The notes: generated by a model not told the origin, from the sequence alone. A stretch of DNA of 62,679 bases, filler included, from Diploschistes diacapsis (GCA_023645945.1; 10 parts of 10 records of this genome joined end to end with filler, not necessarily neighbours in it), one strand, 5' to 3'. Counted from the first letter of the whole stretch, positions 12,652 through 25,144 are shown. Numbers and translations are program-made.

Positions 12652-12907
12652 ATGTTGTTATGGAGGATTAAAGGATGGGCCTTCACGAAGGGAGGCGGGT
12701 GGGTGGCATCGGCGGGCGCGTTGTTGGAGTCACATGTTTGCCGTCGAGATACCCCCGGTTATTATGGGCTTCGGGAATTCTTTGGTGGACCCCCATGGGT
12801 GTTACAGGCAAATAATATTTCTAGAAGCTTGTGCTCCGGTTGGAGCTGCTCCGAACGCCATGCCACGCGACTTTCGGATATCCTTTACCACAATAAACGT
12901 CGTCAGC

Positions 12908-14083
12908 TCAGGCTGACTCTCTTGGTTCCCTTGGCTCCCGTGGCTCCCTTGGCTCCCTTGCGCCTCGACCCCCCCTTCCACCGCGTTGGCCCCCTCCCCT
13001 AAGTCCGCTTCCACCTCCTTCTTTCGAGGCCCCGCCCTGGTCTATACCTTCGCCGGTATTGCCAAGAGTCAATGCCGCTGTTGCTAGCCGGTTTGATAGG
13101 TCAATCTGCGTTCGGATGGTGTTTGCGAGGTAGGAGACGACAAGTACGTCCTGGATGTGATTGTTGCTGTGCACAGTGAGCGAAGCTAAAGTCATTGTTG
13201 AAAGGCGCCACACACAAGTCTTTCTCAACATCTTCTGGGTTGGTTGCTGGCGCCAGCTTAAGCGTGTTCAACAGAAATTGGCCCAACGCCGTGGATGGAG
13301 GAACTTCTTCTTCTATCACCGACTCCACGTAGCGCTGTACCCTATCCAGCATAGCCAGCACTTCTTCGACCGCTCTTTCAAGCAATTCGATGTCTATTAA
13401 AACATTTGCCATTCTGTCCTCGCTATTCTTGGCGCTTGAGATAATGTCAAGCCCACTCTTCTCCGCGTCCCCATATCGAATTTCGCATGGCACTGGAATG
13501 AACGCAGCACTATCTGCCGCTCTCTCCGCCGTAACGCCTACCGGCGCTGAAATATATGTCCGCGCTTCAATTTCCTTTCCGGCGTCTGTGCTAATCGTAA
13601 GATGGATCGCAGGATGGGGGAATGTGCCATCGCCCTGCCCGCCGTAGAAGTTCTGGATAAGCGCGGAGAAGGTGTTCAGTTCCGACGAGGTCGCGTACCA
13701 TCCTATCAGGATCTCCCTGGGATTCGCCTTGAGGTGTAGCGACAGCATCGATTTCTGGTACTCCATGTCTACCTCCACCTGATCTTGCGTTTCCGTATGC
13801 CCCACCGCGAAACAGTTGCGTACCTCAACCTCTGAGCCATCCTCGCTGCGGCTCCCCAGCAATGTGCCTATCACTCGCTCCTGATCGATATTGCGACGTA
13901 GAGAATGGTCGAGTATCGAAAATATGGCCTGCGATCGTCAATGCCGGAGCTTCCTCATGCCGCTTCGACGCATCTTACTTGGGGTTGTATTATGACTTTC
14001 AGAGGGGCCGTGGTGGACTGCAAACCTGGTGCCGATGGGCCAAGCGGCCTCGCGAGGTGTAGAAACGAGCTTGAGTCTGTCAT
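12908..14083 (-). CDS. eIF3f: Translation initiation factor eIF3 subunit F (MPN domain)
   Basis: [14 protein letters not shown], then [32 protein letters not shown] and [27 protein letters not shown]. Two introns. The tail contains RGG and PRE repeats. Confidence 0.92.
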
Positions 14084-14346
14084 TATCGCGCTGTGCTGGT
14101 AGTGTGAGGGCGGACGTTGCGGAGAGACGTTCGCAGTCAAAAGCGCGGAAACCCTAACAATCTTGGCGCTTAACTTTTTTTTTCTTGTGCCGGAACTTCC
14201 AGGAAGCCGCTAAGATAAGATTAGATTTAGCCCCATTTACACTTGTTTTCGTATTTTCACTTGTTTACGTTGGGCGGTGTATTTTCACCTGTTTTCTACC
14301 AAGGAGCGTAGTTGCTAAACAGCCAGAACGTCGTCTAGGGCACGCT

Positions 14347-16598
14347 ATGGCACCTTCCAGAAGATCTTCAGCATTCCAAATTACCCGGAGGTCTAGAAAT
14401 GGACCACCCAAGAGAGCTTTTCGCTCTAGTCGTCTGAATGAGCCTCAAATACACGCTGAGGATGGCCAAGATGTCTCCGAGCAAAGCGCTGTCGAAGAAG
14501 CTCCCTCTGTAATAAGCTCCGGCGAGGGTGAGGAAGAGGAGACCTTCCAACCAAAGGCAGATTCCTATAATGCTCTATTATTATCCTTGAAATCTGCAGG
14601 CCCTGTTAATGAAGCAGCACGTAAGAAACGCAAGCTATCCAGAAAATTATTGCAAAACACGTCAATTGCTCCGGCAAATGATGGGCTGCTATCATCTGAT
14701 ATTGGGATTGATTTAAGCAATCGAATCGACCAGCCGATGGAAGGCGAACGTGAAGCCCAGGAAGAGAGTGATGATGCTGACGACGATACGGAAAGTGAGG
14801 AAGATGGTAAGTGCCATACCAGATTCCAGAATACTGACTTATTCGTGATAGTTGTCGATCCATTTCAAGAGCATTTTAATATGCTTGATGGGGACAAGCT
14901 CAGACTCACAATCCAGGGCCTTGGTGCAACCACGACTGCAAGCGTTAAAGTCCAAGACCATTGGAAAGTTGCAGCAGTTATAGCAGACTCAGCCGACTCT
15001 CTGTGGAAACGTCAACTGGAGACCGATGTTCCATTCTTGGTGAAGGATCTCAATGTAAGTACTGAGTAGTCTGGAGATCTGAGTTCTAAGACCTAGCGCA
15101 GATAAAGGAGAAGCTATCAAACCGTGCGCGGAAGCAACTCGCCTTGGCTGGCAAAGGTATCGCTGGGACATTTGCAAAGGTGATATTTGGATACAGTGAT
15201 CTATTCTTCTGCGGCCGATCTAGAGACAATCGCCAGACGCTTCAAAATCTCTGGTGCTTACATGCACTCAATCACGTCCTCAAGACACGTGATAGAATTC
15301 TCAAAAACACAGCAAGACTAAAAGCGGACATTAGTGAAGCCCTTGAGTATCGAGATCAAGGCTTTACTCGGCCCAAGGTCCTTATCCTCCTCCCAACTAG
15401 ACAGGCTTGTGCGAGAGTTGTCGAGTCGATAGTGTCCCTATATGAGCCCGAACAGCAGGAGAATAAGAAACGCTTTACAGAGTCATACTCTCAAGATACC
15501 GAAGACATTTCTGAAGATAAGCCAGCAGACTTTCATGACCTTTTCGGTGGTAACGATGATGATCTTTTCCGCTTGGGCTTAAAGTTCACACGAAAGGCCG
15601 TTAAATTTTTCTCCCAGTTTTATAGTTCCGATATTATCTTTGCTAGTCCTCTTGGTCTTCGCATGGCTGTTGGTGCCGAGGATTCAAGAAAGCAGGATTT
15701 CGATTTCCTGAGCTCAATCGAACTTGTAATTGTTGACCATGCTGATGCCTTGCTAATGCAGAACTGGGAACATGTCGAATACATCTTTGATCATCTCAAT
15801 CTTCAGCCGAAAGAGGCTCACGATTGCGACTTCAGTCGCGTAAGAAGTTGGTACCTAGACGGTAATGCTAAGTATGTCCGACAAACTATTTTGTTGTCTT
15901 CTTTCAATACCCCCGAGCTCAATCAGCTTGTTTCTCGGCATATGCGTAACGTACGGGGCCGATTAAAGATAACTCCAGACATACGCGATGCCGCAGTCCT
16001 GAGCCTGGGCGTTCCGATCAAGCAGACGTTCGTCCGGATAGACGTTCCAGAGCCACAGAAAGACCCGGAGGCAAGGTTTTCATCTTTCACTAGTGTGATT
16101 CTTCCCTCTTTGACAAAATTAGCCAAGGCAGGTACAACAAAGACGCAAGGGGTTCTGATTTTTATACCGTCATATATGGATTTCGTTCGTGTACGGAACT
16201 TTCTTGCCAATTCTGTTGTCGCTCAAAATATTTCATTTGGGTCGATATCAGAATATACAGCTGCTCCTGATGTTGCGAGAGCGCGGAGCCATTTTCTCAC
16301 AGGAAGACATGCAATGCTGCTGTACAGTGGGCGGTCGCATCATTTCCGCAGGTACAAGATTCGAGGAGTTAAGAGGGTGATCATGTATGCTCTTCCAGAC
16401 AATCCTCTGTTTTATAAGGAGATTGCTGGGGAATTCCTTGCTCGCTCTATTTCAGAGGGTTTGGTTATCCCTGAGGAAGCTGATGTGAAGAGTTTATTCT
16501 CCAAATGGGATGTCTTGAAAATGGAACGGGTCGTTGGCACTCAGCGGCTAAGGAATATGCTAAAAGAGTCAAGGGGAGACACTTTTGACTTCATTTAA
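14347..16598 (+). CDS. UTP25: U3 snoRNA-associated protein Utp25 (Def family)
   Basis: [37 protein letters not shown] and MQNWEH. Introns at about 14807-14851 and 15055-15101. Confidence 0.92.
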
Positions 16599-16961
16599 CG
16601 CATTATACTGTAAATGACACTGCCTTATAAAAAGGGTCTCGAGAACGGCACGTGACTTTGGAGGTTTTGACAGGAATCTATCCTTCTTTTACTACTCCCG
16701 TTCATGTCTGTGTTGGCAATTATATCTTGAGGTTGTGGCTCCATTACATTGCCAATTGGCATATCTTCCAAGTCACGTGCAAGGACAGTCTTGTGCATGA
16801 GTCTAAGGTTTCAATTATTTCTGGAGAGCATTGGGATAGAGGCCAGACAGACCAAAGCAAATTCTCGACAGACTTCTTAGGACACAGTCTACAAACTTGA
16901 CTGTAGGAGCTTCTCCTGCCTATCTTTTTTGGACTAGACCTAATAGCCATGATAACAGAGG

Positions 16962-18422
16962 ATGGCTGACGCAGGGTCTGCTGGAATAAGAGTTCCAGAT
17001 GAAACGGCATGGCCTTTCGCCAGCATCACAAGGGAGCCAGTCCACCTCTCACATGAATTCCAGCAGTTACGAAATACTATAGAACAGGGATTTTTCTCAG
17101 TCATCCAGGTTCAGGATCGTTATGGTCACCACACGATCGACCCCCAGAGATTGACTAATTTCTACGAGGCCAATGACCTCTACATGAACGGTGCGTCGAG
17201 CACAGGCAAAGTCATTCAGACCCTCGTTCCTTCACATCTTGATCCTGCTCGTATTCAGGCCTTACGCAAAGAGAAAGCTGAGCGTTACCCCTTGAGCTTT
17301 GACGATGCGAGAGGTGATGAAGTATTTCTTCCAACAGAGGATCCCTTCACGCCTTCATCTCGGGAGCCTTCCGTGTACCTCAAATCCGATGGCTCTTCAG
17401 CTGTGACCTCAGGATCCCCCGTTGAATCACCTCTGACTCTACCATCTGCCCAAGATAGCTCACCGAAATCTCACGAAATCCATCATATACAGCCTGTCAC
17501 GGGATCCTCGCCGTTGTCTGCGCCCCCTGTCCCTTGGGACTCGCCGGTTGAGCTACCCTCGCCAAAGGGTTCATCTACGAAACTAAGTACACCGACACAC
17601 GTACCCAGGAAATCATTTGTGCAGCGGGCTCAAGCAATTGGGGGTCTACCCAGAATCAATACTAACGTGTCACTCATACAAACCCAGGAAGGCGCCACAC
17701 ACAGCGCCAAACCTTGTCTGACATATCGCATGAACAACATAGGAGTTGGAAATCGCCCTCAAGCCAAAAGATTTGATTCTGTTGATAGTTCGGAAACGTC
17801 TGCGGACACACACACCGACCCGTTCATGGCACCTGCAGCAGTAAGCGACTGGGAAAAGCCCATTAACGAAGACAATTGGCCGCAGGACCTGCCTAGCAGA
17901 TCACCTGAGACATCAGCAGAGCCACACCCAAGTAATATGGTTAATGAGCCAAGAATGATCGCGCGTCATTCAACGCTTCATCCTTCGCTAGCGGAAATGG
18001 AATATGATTCCTACCGCACCTCTATGCTTGGGTTTTTGGAGGAGTCTGACAAGCAAATCCCTCAGCCAACTTTAAGCGAGTTAGACATTCCAACCCGGGT
18101 GCGAAACATCAAAAACGCCATAGAGACGGAAGCGAGGGTGCGCAAGCTAGGAGAGGAAGGTGAAAACGAAGACGCGGTTGAGAGCGAAGAGAAGGCAAAG
18201 AAGTCAGGCAAGTTGAAGGAGAAGATGAACTTGGTCCGCTTCATGACCTCTCGCAAGCCATCCGATGATGCCACGAACAAGTCGCCAGAATGGGCCAAAG
18301 GGCATCTCCGCGAATTCTCCGTGTCCTCGGCAGCAGCTCCGAAGCCAACTACCGCGTCTGCTCGCAACAAGACGGGCCTGTTCTCGAGATTCAAGTCCAC
18401 CGAGAACCTGCATGACATCTGA
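16962..18422 (+). CDS. Hypothetical Ser/Pro-rich protein, 486 aa
   Basis: Long uninterrupted ORF with an ATG start. I recognise no domain. Confidence 0.65.
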   Translation: MADAGSAGIRVPDETAWPFASITREPVHLSHEFQQLRNTIEQGFFSVIQVQDRYGHHTIDPQRLTNFYEANDLYMNGASSTGKVIQTLVPSHLDPARIQALRKEKAERYPLSFDDARGDEVFLPTEDPFTPSSREPSVYLKSDGSSAVTSGSPVESPLTLPSAQDSSPKSHEIHHIQPVTGSSPLSAPPVPWDSPVELPSPKGSSTKLSTPTHVPRKSFVQRAQAIGGLPRINTNVSLIQTQEGATHSAKPCLTYRMNNIGVGNRPQAKRFDSVDSSETSADTHTDPFMAPAAVSDWEKPINEDNWPQDLPSRSPETSAEPHPSNMVNEPRMIARHSTLHPSLAEMEYDSYRTSMLGFLEESDKQIPQPTLSELDIPTRVRNIKNAIETEARVRKLGEEGENEDAVESEEKAKKSGKLKEKMNLVRFMTSRKPSDDATNKSPEWAKGHLREFSVSSAAAPKPTTASARNKTGLFSRFKSTENLHDI

Positions 18423-18866
18423 TCCTGTCACGGAATTCCTGTTGTTTTGTTCACTGTCGAACCTTTTCGGTCTCGAATTCTCCGTCTAACTTCTAGTCAA
18501 TCTCACTTTTAGACTCTTCTCGCACCAGACAAGGTACTGCTTCAGAGGCCCGTGGAGGATAGCAAAGTGTCAGATTGTAAATACACTACATCGTTTCGCA
18601 GATTGCGGCTCTCCACACGGGTCGGTTATTGCTGGTCCGTCCACACTTCTGTCCTTCATCTCCCAGAGGCGCTAATCAGCTTCGCCTGCACGTACGTAAC
18701 TACAAAGCTCAATGCAATCAATGTTCAAAGGAGAAAAGTGCTGTTGACACCGTGCGTAACTCAATATAGACTCCATGCTTCAAACCGTATTTCCTCCACC
18801 TACCACACCACTCTCTCCTATTCCCAACCCCCCTCCACTTCCCACCTCATCCTGTCCCTCTCCTCC

Positions 18867-18966
18867 NNNNNNNNNNNNNNNNNNNNNNNNNNNNNNNNNN
18901 NNNNNNNNNNTTAATTAATTAANNNNNNNNNNNNNNNNNNNNNNNNNNNNNNNNNNNNNNNNNNNN
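18867..18966. other. Artificial contig linker
   Basis: N44-TTAATTAATTAA-N44. Confidence 0.97.
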
Positions 18967-20745
18967 ACGTATTTCTATAAATGATATATATTTATATATA
19001 AATTATATAGAGATCTAGATATATGGCAGAGCTATAGCGAGCTAAACAGAATGCATTACTAGGGCGCCACCAAATATGTTACACAATTTTACAGTAGGCA
19101 GAATAGCACATACCACAATGGGTGGGTGCGCCGGGAACGCCGGTTGCCCGGGCAAATAAGGAACCCCCCTCCCATTCTGGAGATTCAAGGCTTTTTTTAA
19201 AGCCTTGGCGCCAAGGCGCTAAAAGAAACCGTGCGTCAATTACCCACCGGATAATAAACCTGTTTCGTCTGGATTTTACCTTGTGCTGCGTCTCGTTTTG
19301 GTATCTGTATTGCGGTTGAGAGGGTAGAGGAGAGGAGGTGGAGAGGGAGAGGGAAAGGAAGGGGGAGCGAGAAGAGAAGAGAGGTAGTTGTGGCGCACAA
19401 GGAAAACTTCGCCACTGGACTGGACTTGGGCTCGACTCGATTTCACACCACCCAATTGACACGATACCACTCGGCGGTCAAGACAAGACTCCATGTGGAA
19501 AAGACAGGATGAGGCAAGATAAATCGACATGGAGAAGACAAGACGCTATGATGTGGCGGCGCACTCCACAATGCAGCCGGCATTTCACCAGCGACGCTGG
19601 CTTTACAACATGCTTCGCTCATGTTCCTGGATCGTCGCGATGTGGTGTCGATGTTGCGTATGCCTCTACTCCTTATCACGGACAACGCTATGGGTATCGT
19701 TGGGTTGGGTTGAAGTCGCAGTCGCAGTAGCTGTCAAAATTGCGGTTGCGATCGTCTACTATTACAGCCTCAGAGAGAAAGAAGGTGAGAGTGGAAGGGA
19801 GAAGAGGAGGGGCGGAAGTGGAAGAGGAAGAGGAGCAGATTAGCGAAAGAAGAGAAGGTCGTGTCGTCTGCGATATCCCGAATCAAACGCCAGCCAACGA
19901 AGCATGCGCGACTGTCGATTGCATTGCTAGCATCTACTCCGTGTTATCAAGGTTTTGAGGATAGGTCGAGCGAGGTCGAATCGATACTACGTGCGCCGTG
20001 TTGCCAGTTATGCACCACGTTCTTCCTGATGGATGCTATAAGGTGCGCGAGCAGTTCTATAACTATGGGCTCGAGCGCGGTATCGTGCAGACGGAGACAG
20101 CATATCGCAGTCCTAATGAACCAGAAGCTATTAAACGACATAACCTTGGATTTTTTTTCTCAACTCACATATTCGAAAGTAGGAGGCGGAGGATGCAAAG
20201 AGGAGTAGTGAAGGAAGACAGTGAATAAGAAGAGACATATGAAGATAGAGGCCGGCCACACAGTTTGTTTGAGCTCCAGCTCATGATTACCAGCATTCAG
20301 CGACTGGTCGAGATATCTCTATCTTCAATCAGCGCTTCGCTTGGCTAGCCTAGAATGGGCGCTTAGATCGGGATCTGGTGCATCAACGGGGCCCTTCCCC
20401 GGGGGCAGCCTGTCGGGCTCTACAAAGCCGCATCAAACTGACTGCAGATGATACTCTGTCTTGCGGTAAGGATGGGGCCAGGCTTGCCGGGCTGTCTGTC
20501 GGACTGGTGATGAAACTTTTTCTCTGTCAAGGTGAGTTCAATTTTCTGCCCATGTTGGATCTATTTGGTATTATGCAGTCTGGGGAGTGGTGGGCGTCTG
20601 GATTGCAGCTGTTTCAGGAATGTGATTGGCCGAGAGAACTCCTCTGGCGGCTCGATGCCCGGTCAGGTGATTCCGTGGTCCGACTCACCTTGGCCAGTAA
20701 CTTCAACGCTCTCGTGAACCTTGGCGCACCAGAAGCTTCACTGTG

Positions 20746-21021
20746 CTATTGTTAGGGGCGTCTATCGCGAATGGCTGCTCTTGTCTATTGTTCACCTCGG
20801 ACGTCTCAGTCACGCTATTGTACTCATTAGGCTACTACCTTTGCGATGCCTTTGTATATTGTCCCCATCGTCTTCTTTTGTACCTCATTCTTCTCCTCTT
20901 CTCAATGTTTTGTTTGAGAGTCGAGTCTGTGACTTGACTGCACTGAACAAATTTTCTTTGTCAGGCCTTTCTTTAGACATTTCACTTCCACCTTAATCAC
21001 TACCTCTCCCCAACCTTTGTA
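20746..21021 (+). promoter_or_regulatory. Cluster of HMG-box-like (C/A)WTTGT sites upstream of PRM1
   Basis: CTATTGT at 20746, 20785 and 20815; CTTTGTA at 20850; ATATTGT at 20856; TTTCTTTGTC at 20953; CTTTGTA near 21015. All lie on the same strand. Confidence 0.35.
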
Positions 21022-21176
21022 CCCATCCTTTTCCTGCCGTTGCGGCTTTCTTCCTTTCTAGAGTTGCTCATCAGCTCGCGCTGGCCTTTGCGGATACACT
21101 TTACTAATATCACTCCGCTGGTCGGATTCCTTTCCAGTTTAGATCACCACTTTTCATTACTACTACTACCAGGATC

Positions 21177-23510
21177 ATGGCGGACGACCGACTCCATACT
21201 TCCTTCCCGACCGTACCATCCTCTCTCTCCGCCGGCGAGCATGGGATGAGAGATGACTACGCTACACGGGAACCACAGACTGCAGAACGATATGAGGCAC
21301 ACACTTTGAACGACATCACTCCGTATCTTGGACTTCGCGCGCGACTGTCCCAGGTCTGGATAAACAAATGGACGATTCTTCTCCTGCTCGTACTTGTGAG
21401 GTTGTTGATCCTTATCGGCAACCTCCACCACGACATTGACGATGCGGAAGCCAAAGCCTTGAAGGCGTGTACGACTATTGAGAGCATGGGAAGCACCGTC
21501 GCTTCCCTGCCGCATTATTTAGCCGACGGAACGAACGAACTTGCTGCAAATGGAGTGACAAAGGCGGTCGATGGTCTCCAGGAAATGCTCTTCATGGCCA
21601 TCACCGCGCTCGAAGAGATTTTTGTGTTCTGGGTCAACATGATGTACGGAACCTACGAGTGTTTGATCACTTTTGCTGTCGGAGGCGCTGCTCACGTTGC
21701 CGTCCAAGTCGCCGAAGACGTCACTTCATTCCTGAACAAGACCCTTGGTCAGATTGGCAAAGACATCGACAGTGGCGTGGGCGATTTCCAGAATGGGATG
21801 AACAGCTTCCTCAAGGATCTGAGCAGCATACCGTCAGTGTTCGGCGGCTCAGTGAACCCACCGACGCTCGATCTCACCAAGCAAATCGGTGAGCTCAATA
21901 ACATCCAACTGCCCAGCAGCATAAACGAAGGCCTCGACCAGCTCAATAAATCCATTCCGAGCTTCGCGCAGGTCCAGAACCTGACCAACACCGCTCTCGA
22001 ACTTCCCTTTGAAGAGATCAAGAAACTGCTCAACTCGACCCTCGGGGTTTACACCTTCAACCAGTCTCTCTTCCCCGTTCCAGCCAAGCAGCAGCTGAGC
22101 TTCTGCTCCAACGACCAGGGCATCGACGATTTCTTCACCGAGCTCTACAACATTGCAGATATCGCTCGCAAGATTTTCATCGGCGTCATTCTCACCGCTG
22201 CTCTGCTTGCTTGCATTCCCTTTGCCTTGCTGGAAATCCGACGCTGGCGCACAATGAAGGCTCGTTCCAAGCTGATCTCCTCGGCCGTCCACGAGCCGAT
22301 GGATGTCATTTACATCGTCTCACGACCCCTCACGGCCATTACGGGCCTCAAAGTCGCTCGACGATTCTCGTCCCCAAAGCGCCAGATCCTTGCTCGCTGG
22401 TTCATCGCCTACATCACCTCCACTCCGGCGTTGATTGTGCTTGCCATTGCTTTGGCAGGTCTCTTCTCTGCCCTCTGCCAATATGTGCTCCTCCAGGCTG
22501 TGTCGAAAGAAGTGCCCCAGCTCACGTACGAGATCAGCAACTTTGCCGACAAAGTTGTCGACTCCCTGAACAATACCTCGAATATGTGGGCCAACCAGAC
22601 AAACACCGCCATCATTGCCGAAAACGACAAGATCAATCATGATGTGTTTGGCTGGGTCAACACGACGACTTCGACGGTCAACGGCACCCTCAACTCCTTC
22701 ATCAATGAGACGACCACCCTCCTTGACAAAGCCTTTGGCGGCACCGTGTTGGAAGACCCAATCCAACAGGTTTTCAACTGCCTCATCGGCCTCAAGGTGG
22801 CGTCCATCGAGAAGGGTCTGACGTGGGCCACGGATCACGCATATATCACTTTCCCCACCTTCCCCAACGATACTTTCTCTCAGGGCGCCTCAAAGGCCGT
22901 GCAAGGCACGGACGACCAGACCGGCACCAACACCTCGGGCGGCTCTTTCCTTGCGGACCCAGGCTCCAACGCGTCCGATCTAGTCACCGAAGCCGTCACC
23001 GACCTCGTCAACACATTAGCTAATGGCATCCGCACCGAAGCTCTCATCGCCACCGCTGTACTGCTCTGCTATGTCGCAGTCCTCCTCATGGGTCTTGCTC
23101 GCGTACTGTGGCTTACCCTGCGCAGAGAAAAGGTCCGCGCCAATGGTGGTGCCACGTATGCCGGCGACATTGATCCCTCTAGTCTGACCGCCGGGCAGGA
23201 CCACGTTACAACGTTTCCTGTAACCCAGCAGCAGACGGGCTCCGTCAACCACGGCCGTCTACCCGCGCCGGCATACAAGGCGGCTTATGATGCGAGGGGC
23301 GCTAACTCTTTTGCGGCTTTCAGACCGCCGCAGCCTGCCGGTGGAGAAGACCCGTTCGAGACGCCTTTTGACGGAGAAGAGGAGAAGCGGGGAGGGTTTT
23401 CACGCGAGCAGGCGCAGAGGGGGAACGCGCAAGGGGTGGTGGTGGATGAGAATGGGTATCCCAGTATCTTGGATGAGAAGAGAGCGCTAGAGGAAGATGA
23501 ATATGAGTAG
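21177..23510 (+). CDS. PRM1: Plasma membrane fusion protein Prm1
   Basis: ITPYLGLRARLSQVWINKWTILLLLVLVR, several TM segments, conserved cysteines (KACT, YECL, SFCS, FNCLIGLK) and many NxS/T sites. 777 aa, single exon. Confidence 0.93.
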   Translation: MADDRLHTSFPTVPSSLSAGEHGMRDDYATREPQTAERYEAHTLNDITPYLGLRARLSQVWINKWTILLLLVLVRLLILIGNLHHDIDDAEAKALKACTTIESMGSTVASLPHYLADGTNELAANGVTKAVDGLQEMLFMAITALEEIFVFWVNMMYGTYECLITFAVGGAAHVAVQVAEDVTSFLNKTLGQIGKDIDSGVGDFQNGMNSFLKDLSSIPSVFGGSVNPPTLDLTKQIGELNNIQLPSSINEGLDQLNKSIPSFAQVQNLTNTALELPFEEIKKLLNSTLGVYTFNQSLFPVPAKQQLSFCSNDQGIDDFFTELYNIADIARKIFIGVILTAALLACIPFALLEIRRWRTMKARSKLISSAVHEPMDVIYIVSRPLTAITGLKVARRFSSPKRQILARWFIAYITSTPALIVLAIALAGLFSALCQYVLLQAVSKEVPQLTYEISNFADKVVDSLNNTSNMWANQTNTAIIAENDKINHDVFGWVNTTTSTVNGTLNSFINETTTLLDKAFGGTVLEDPIQQVFNCLIGLKVASIEKGLTWATDHAYITFPTFPNDTFSQGASKAVQGTDDQTGTNTSGGSFLADPGSNASDLVTEAVTDLVNTLANGIRTEALIATAVLLCYVAVLLMGLARVLWLTLRREKVRANGGATYAGDIDPSSLTAGQDHVTTFPVTQQQTGSVNHGRLPAPAYKAAYDARGANSFAAFRPPQPAGGEDPFETPFDGEEEKRGGFSREQAQRGNAQGVVVDENGYPSILDEKRALEEDEYE

Positions 23511-25144
23511 GAATAGAGGTTGAGATTTTGAAGGAGCGGTTGTTGGAAACGTTCGTTTCTTTGGTTGGATTGCATGCACACTCACACGAATACGTCTACA
23601 CGAGTTATTACTGATTGGGCCTTGAGCTGGAGCTTCTTCGACTCGGTTGGTGGGGGTATGACTGGACTGGGTATGCATCCACCTTTTTTAAAGCGTATTC
23701 TATTTCCATTTGCCCTGCGTAGCATGCTGGATGGCCATTTGGAGGAGCAGACACCAAGGTGGTTAAGAAACTGACAAGATGGCAAATGCCATGGAAGAAA
23801 TAATAGCCATAAACCTTGTAACAGGATGCATCCAATTTCCTTAAAAATGTTTCCTAATTCCTTTCATCGTCGTTTGAGTCATCTCCTTGACTCAAATCTT
23901 CTGTAACCCCCCCATCAAGGTCTTGATTCCCAGCTCCCATCTTTACGCTTTCCTGTTGACATATTTTCTGACACCCTCAAACCACTCGCTCCCTCCTTCC
24001 GTCCCCCCTCCTCTCTCACCCTCGCTAATCAAACCACCTACAGATCCATCTCCGCATTAACAAACAAGCAGTCGAGTAACCCTTCGCGCCCATTCGTTTA
24101 CACCTGGATGCCAATCCCGCGCGCCGATTTAATCGAGCTGCGTTGAGTGCATATGTCGCTTCAAACCCCCTTTTTGCCACATATCGTTCTACTATCTGCG
24201 GTTATCATTACCTTCCCTGAACATGTAATGATACGATCCTGTTTGCTACTACAGCAGCGTGCCTTAGGCCTTTGCCTTCCCGCCTGCCCTTCGCTCTGGT
24301 CGAGTCCATCTTCTCTCTTGTCCGCCCATCTTTTGGGTTCAAGGACTTGACGGCTTGAGGATTCCTGGAGCGGGGGGGAGAAGCAGCGGAAGGGCCCCTT
24401 CTCTAACCCCTCCCTCCCTCCGTCACCTTTGGAGGAGGTCGAGCCGGGTTCCTATGGAGAAAGGGGGATAAGAATAGGAAAGGCAGTCATTTCCGTCTTT
24501 GGATGGCTGGTTGGATGTTTTGCTTTTTTTTAGGCGTTGAGAGAGAGGACGTGTTGTTGGTTTTGCTTTTTACTTCTCCTGAGAGGGAGGAAGTGCGAGG
24601 CGTGGGTTGTAGGTTCAAAGAGCTTTCTTTGCTTTGGGCCCCCGGTGGGATTTCGTTTGTGCCCTTTTCCTGGCTGAGGTTAAGGCCGAGGCTTGGGAAA
24701 GGGTACGGCGCGGGGAGAGGAGGCTGGTGAGTTCCTCCGTTTGGAGAGCATCTGGTGAGCAGCTGGTGGCTGGCTCGGGCTATGACACGAGTTTACGAGA
24801 TGGAGAGACAGAGAGGATATACCGCAAGACAAGAATGCGGGCGACGCCTACAGCAAGAACGAGCCAGTTTCAACACCGCCGCATCTTCGCACCTCAAGAG
24901 TTACTCTCTCAGAGGTCGCAACAATCAGCATCGGCGCGACATTGCAGTCCGCTCGTTCTTGTCCGCCGCTTCTTAGCACCCCATCCTCTCATACTCAACT
25001 ACCGATCTCTTCATCAATATCCACCAACAGTCGCCCACAACCATCATTATCATTACCTTACCAGCTATTCTCCAGCTGTCGAGTCGACACTCCCAAACCC
25101 CCTTTTCACCGCACCCCTACCGCGCGCGGCCCAGCCTCCCCACA

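Noticed and set aside
19079..20760. Short overlapping ORFs and a 16-bp palindrome (19202-19217) upstream of PRM1
   Set aside because: No recognisable motifs or consistent splice model, and a single palindrome has no supporting context.
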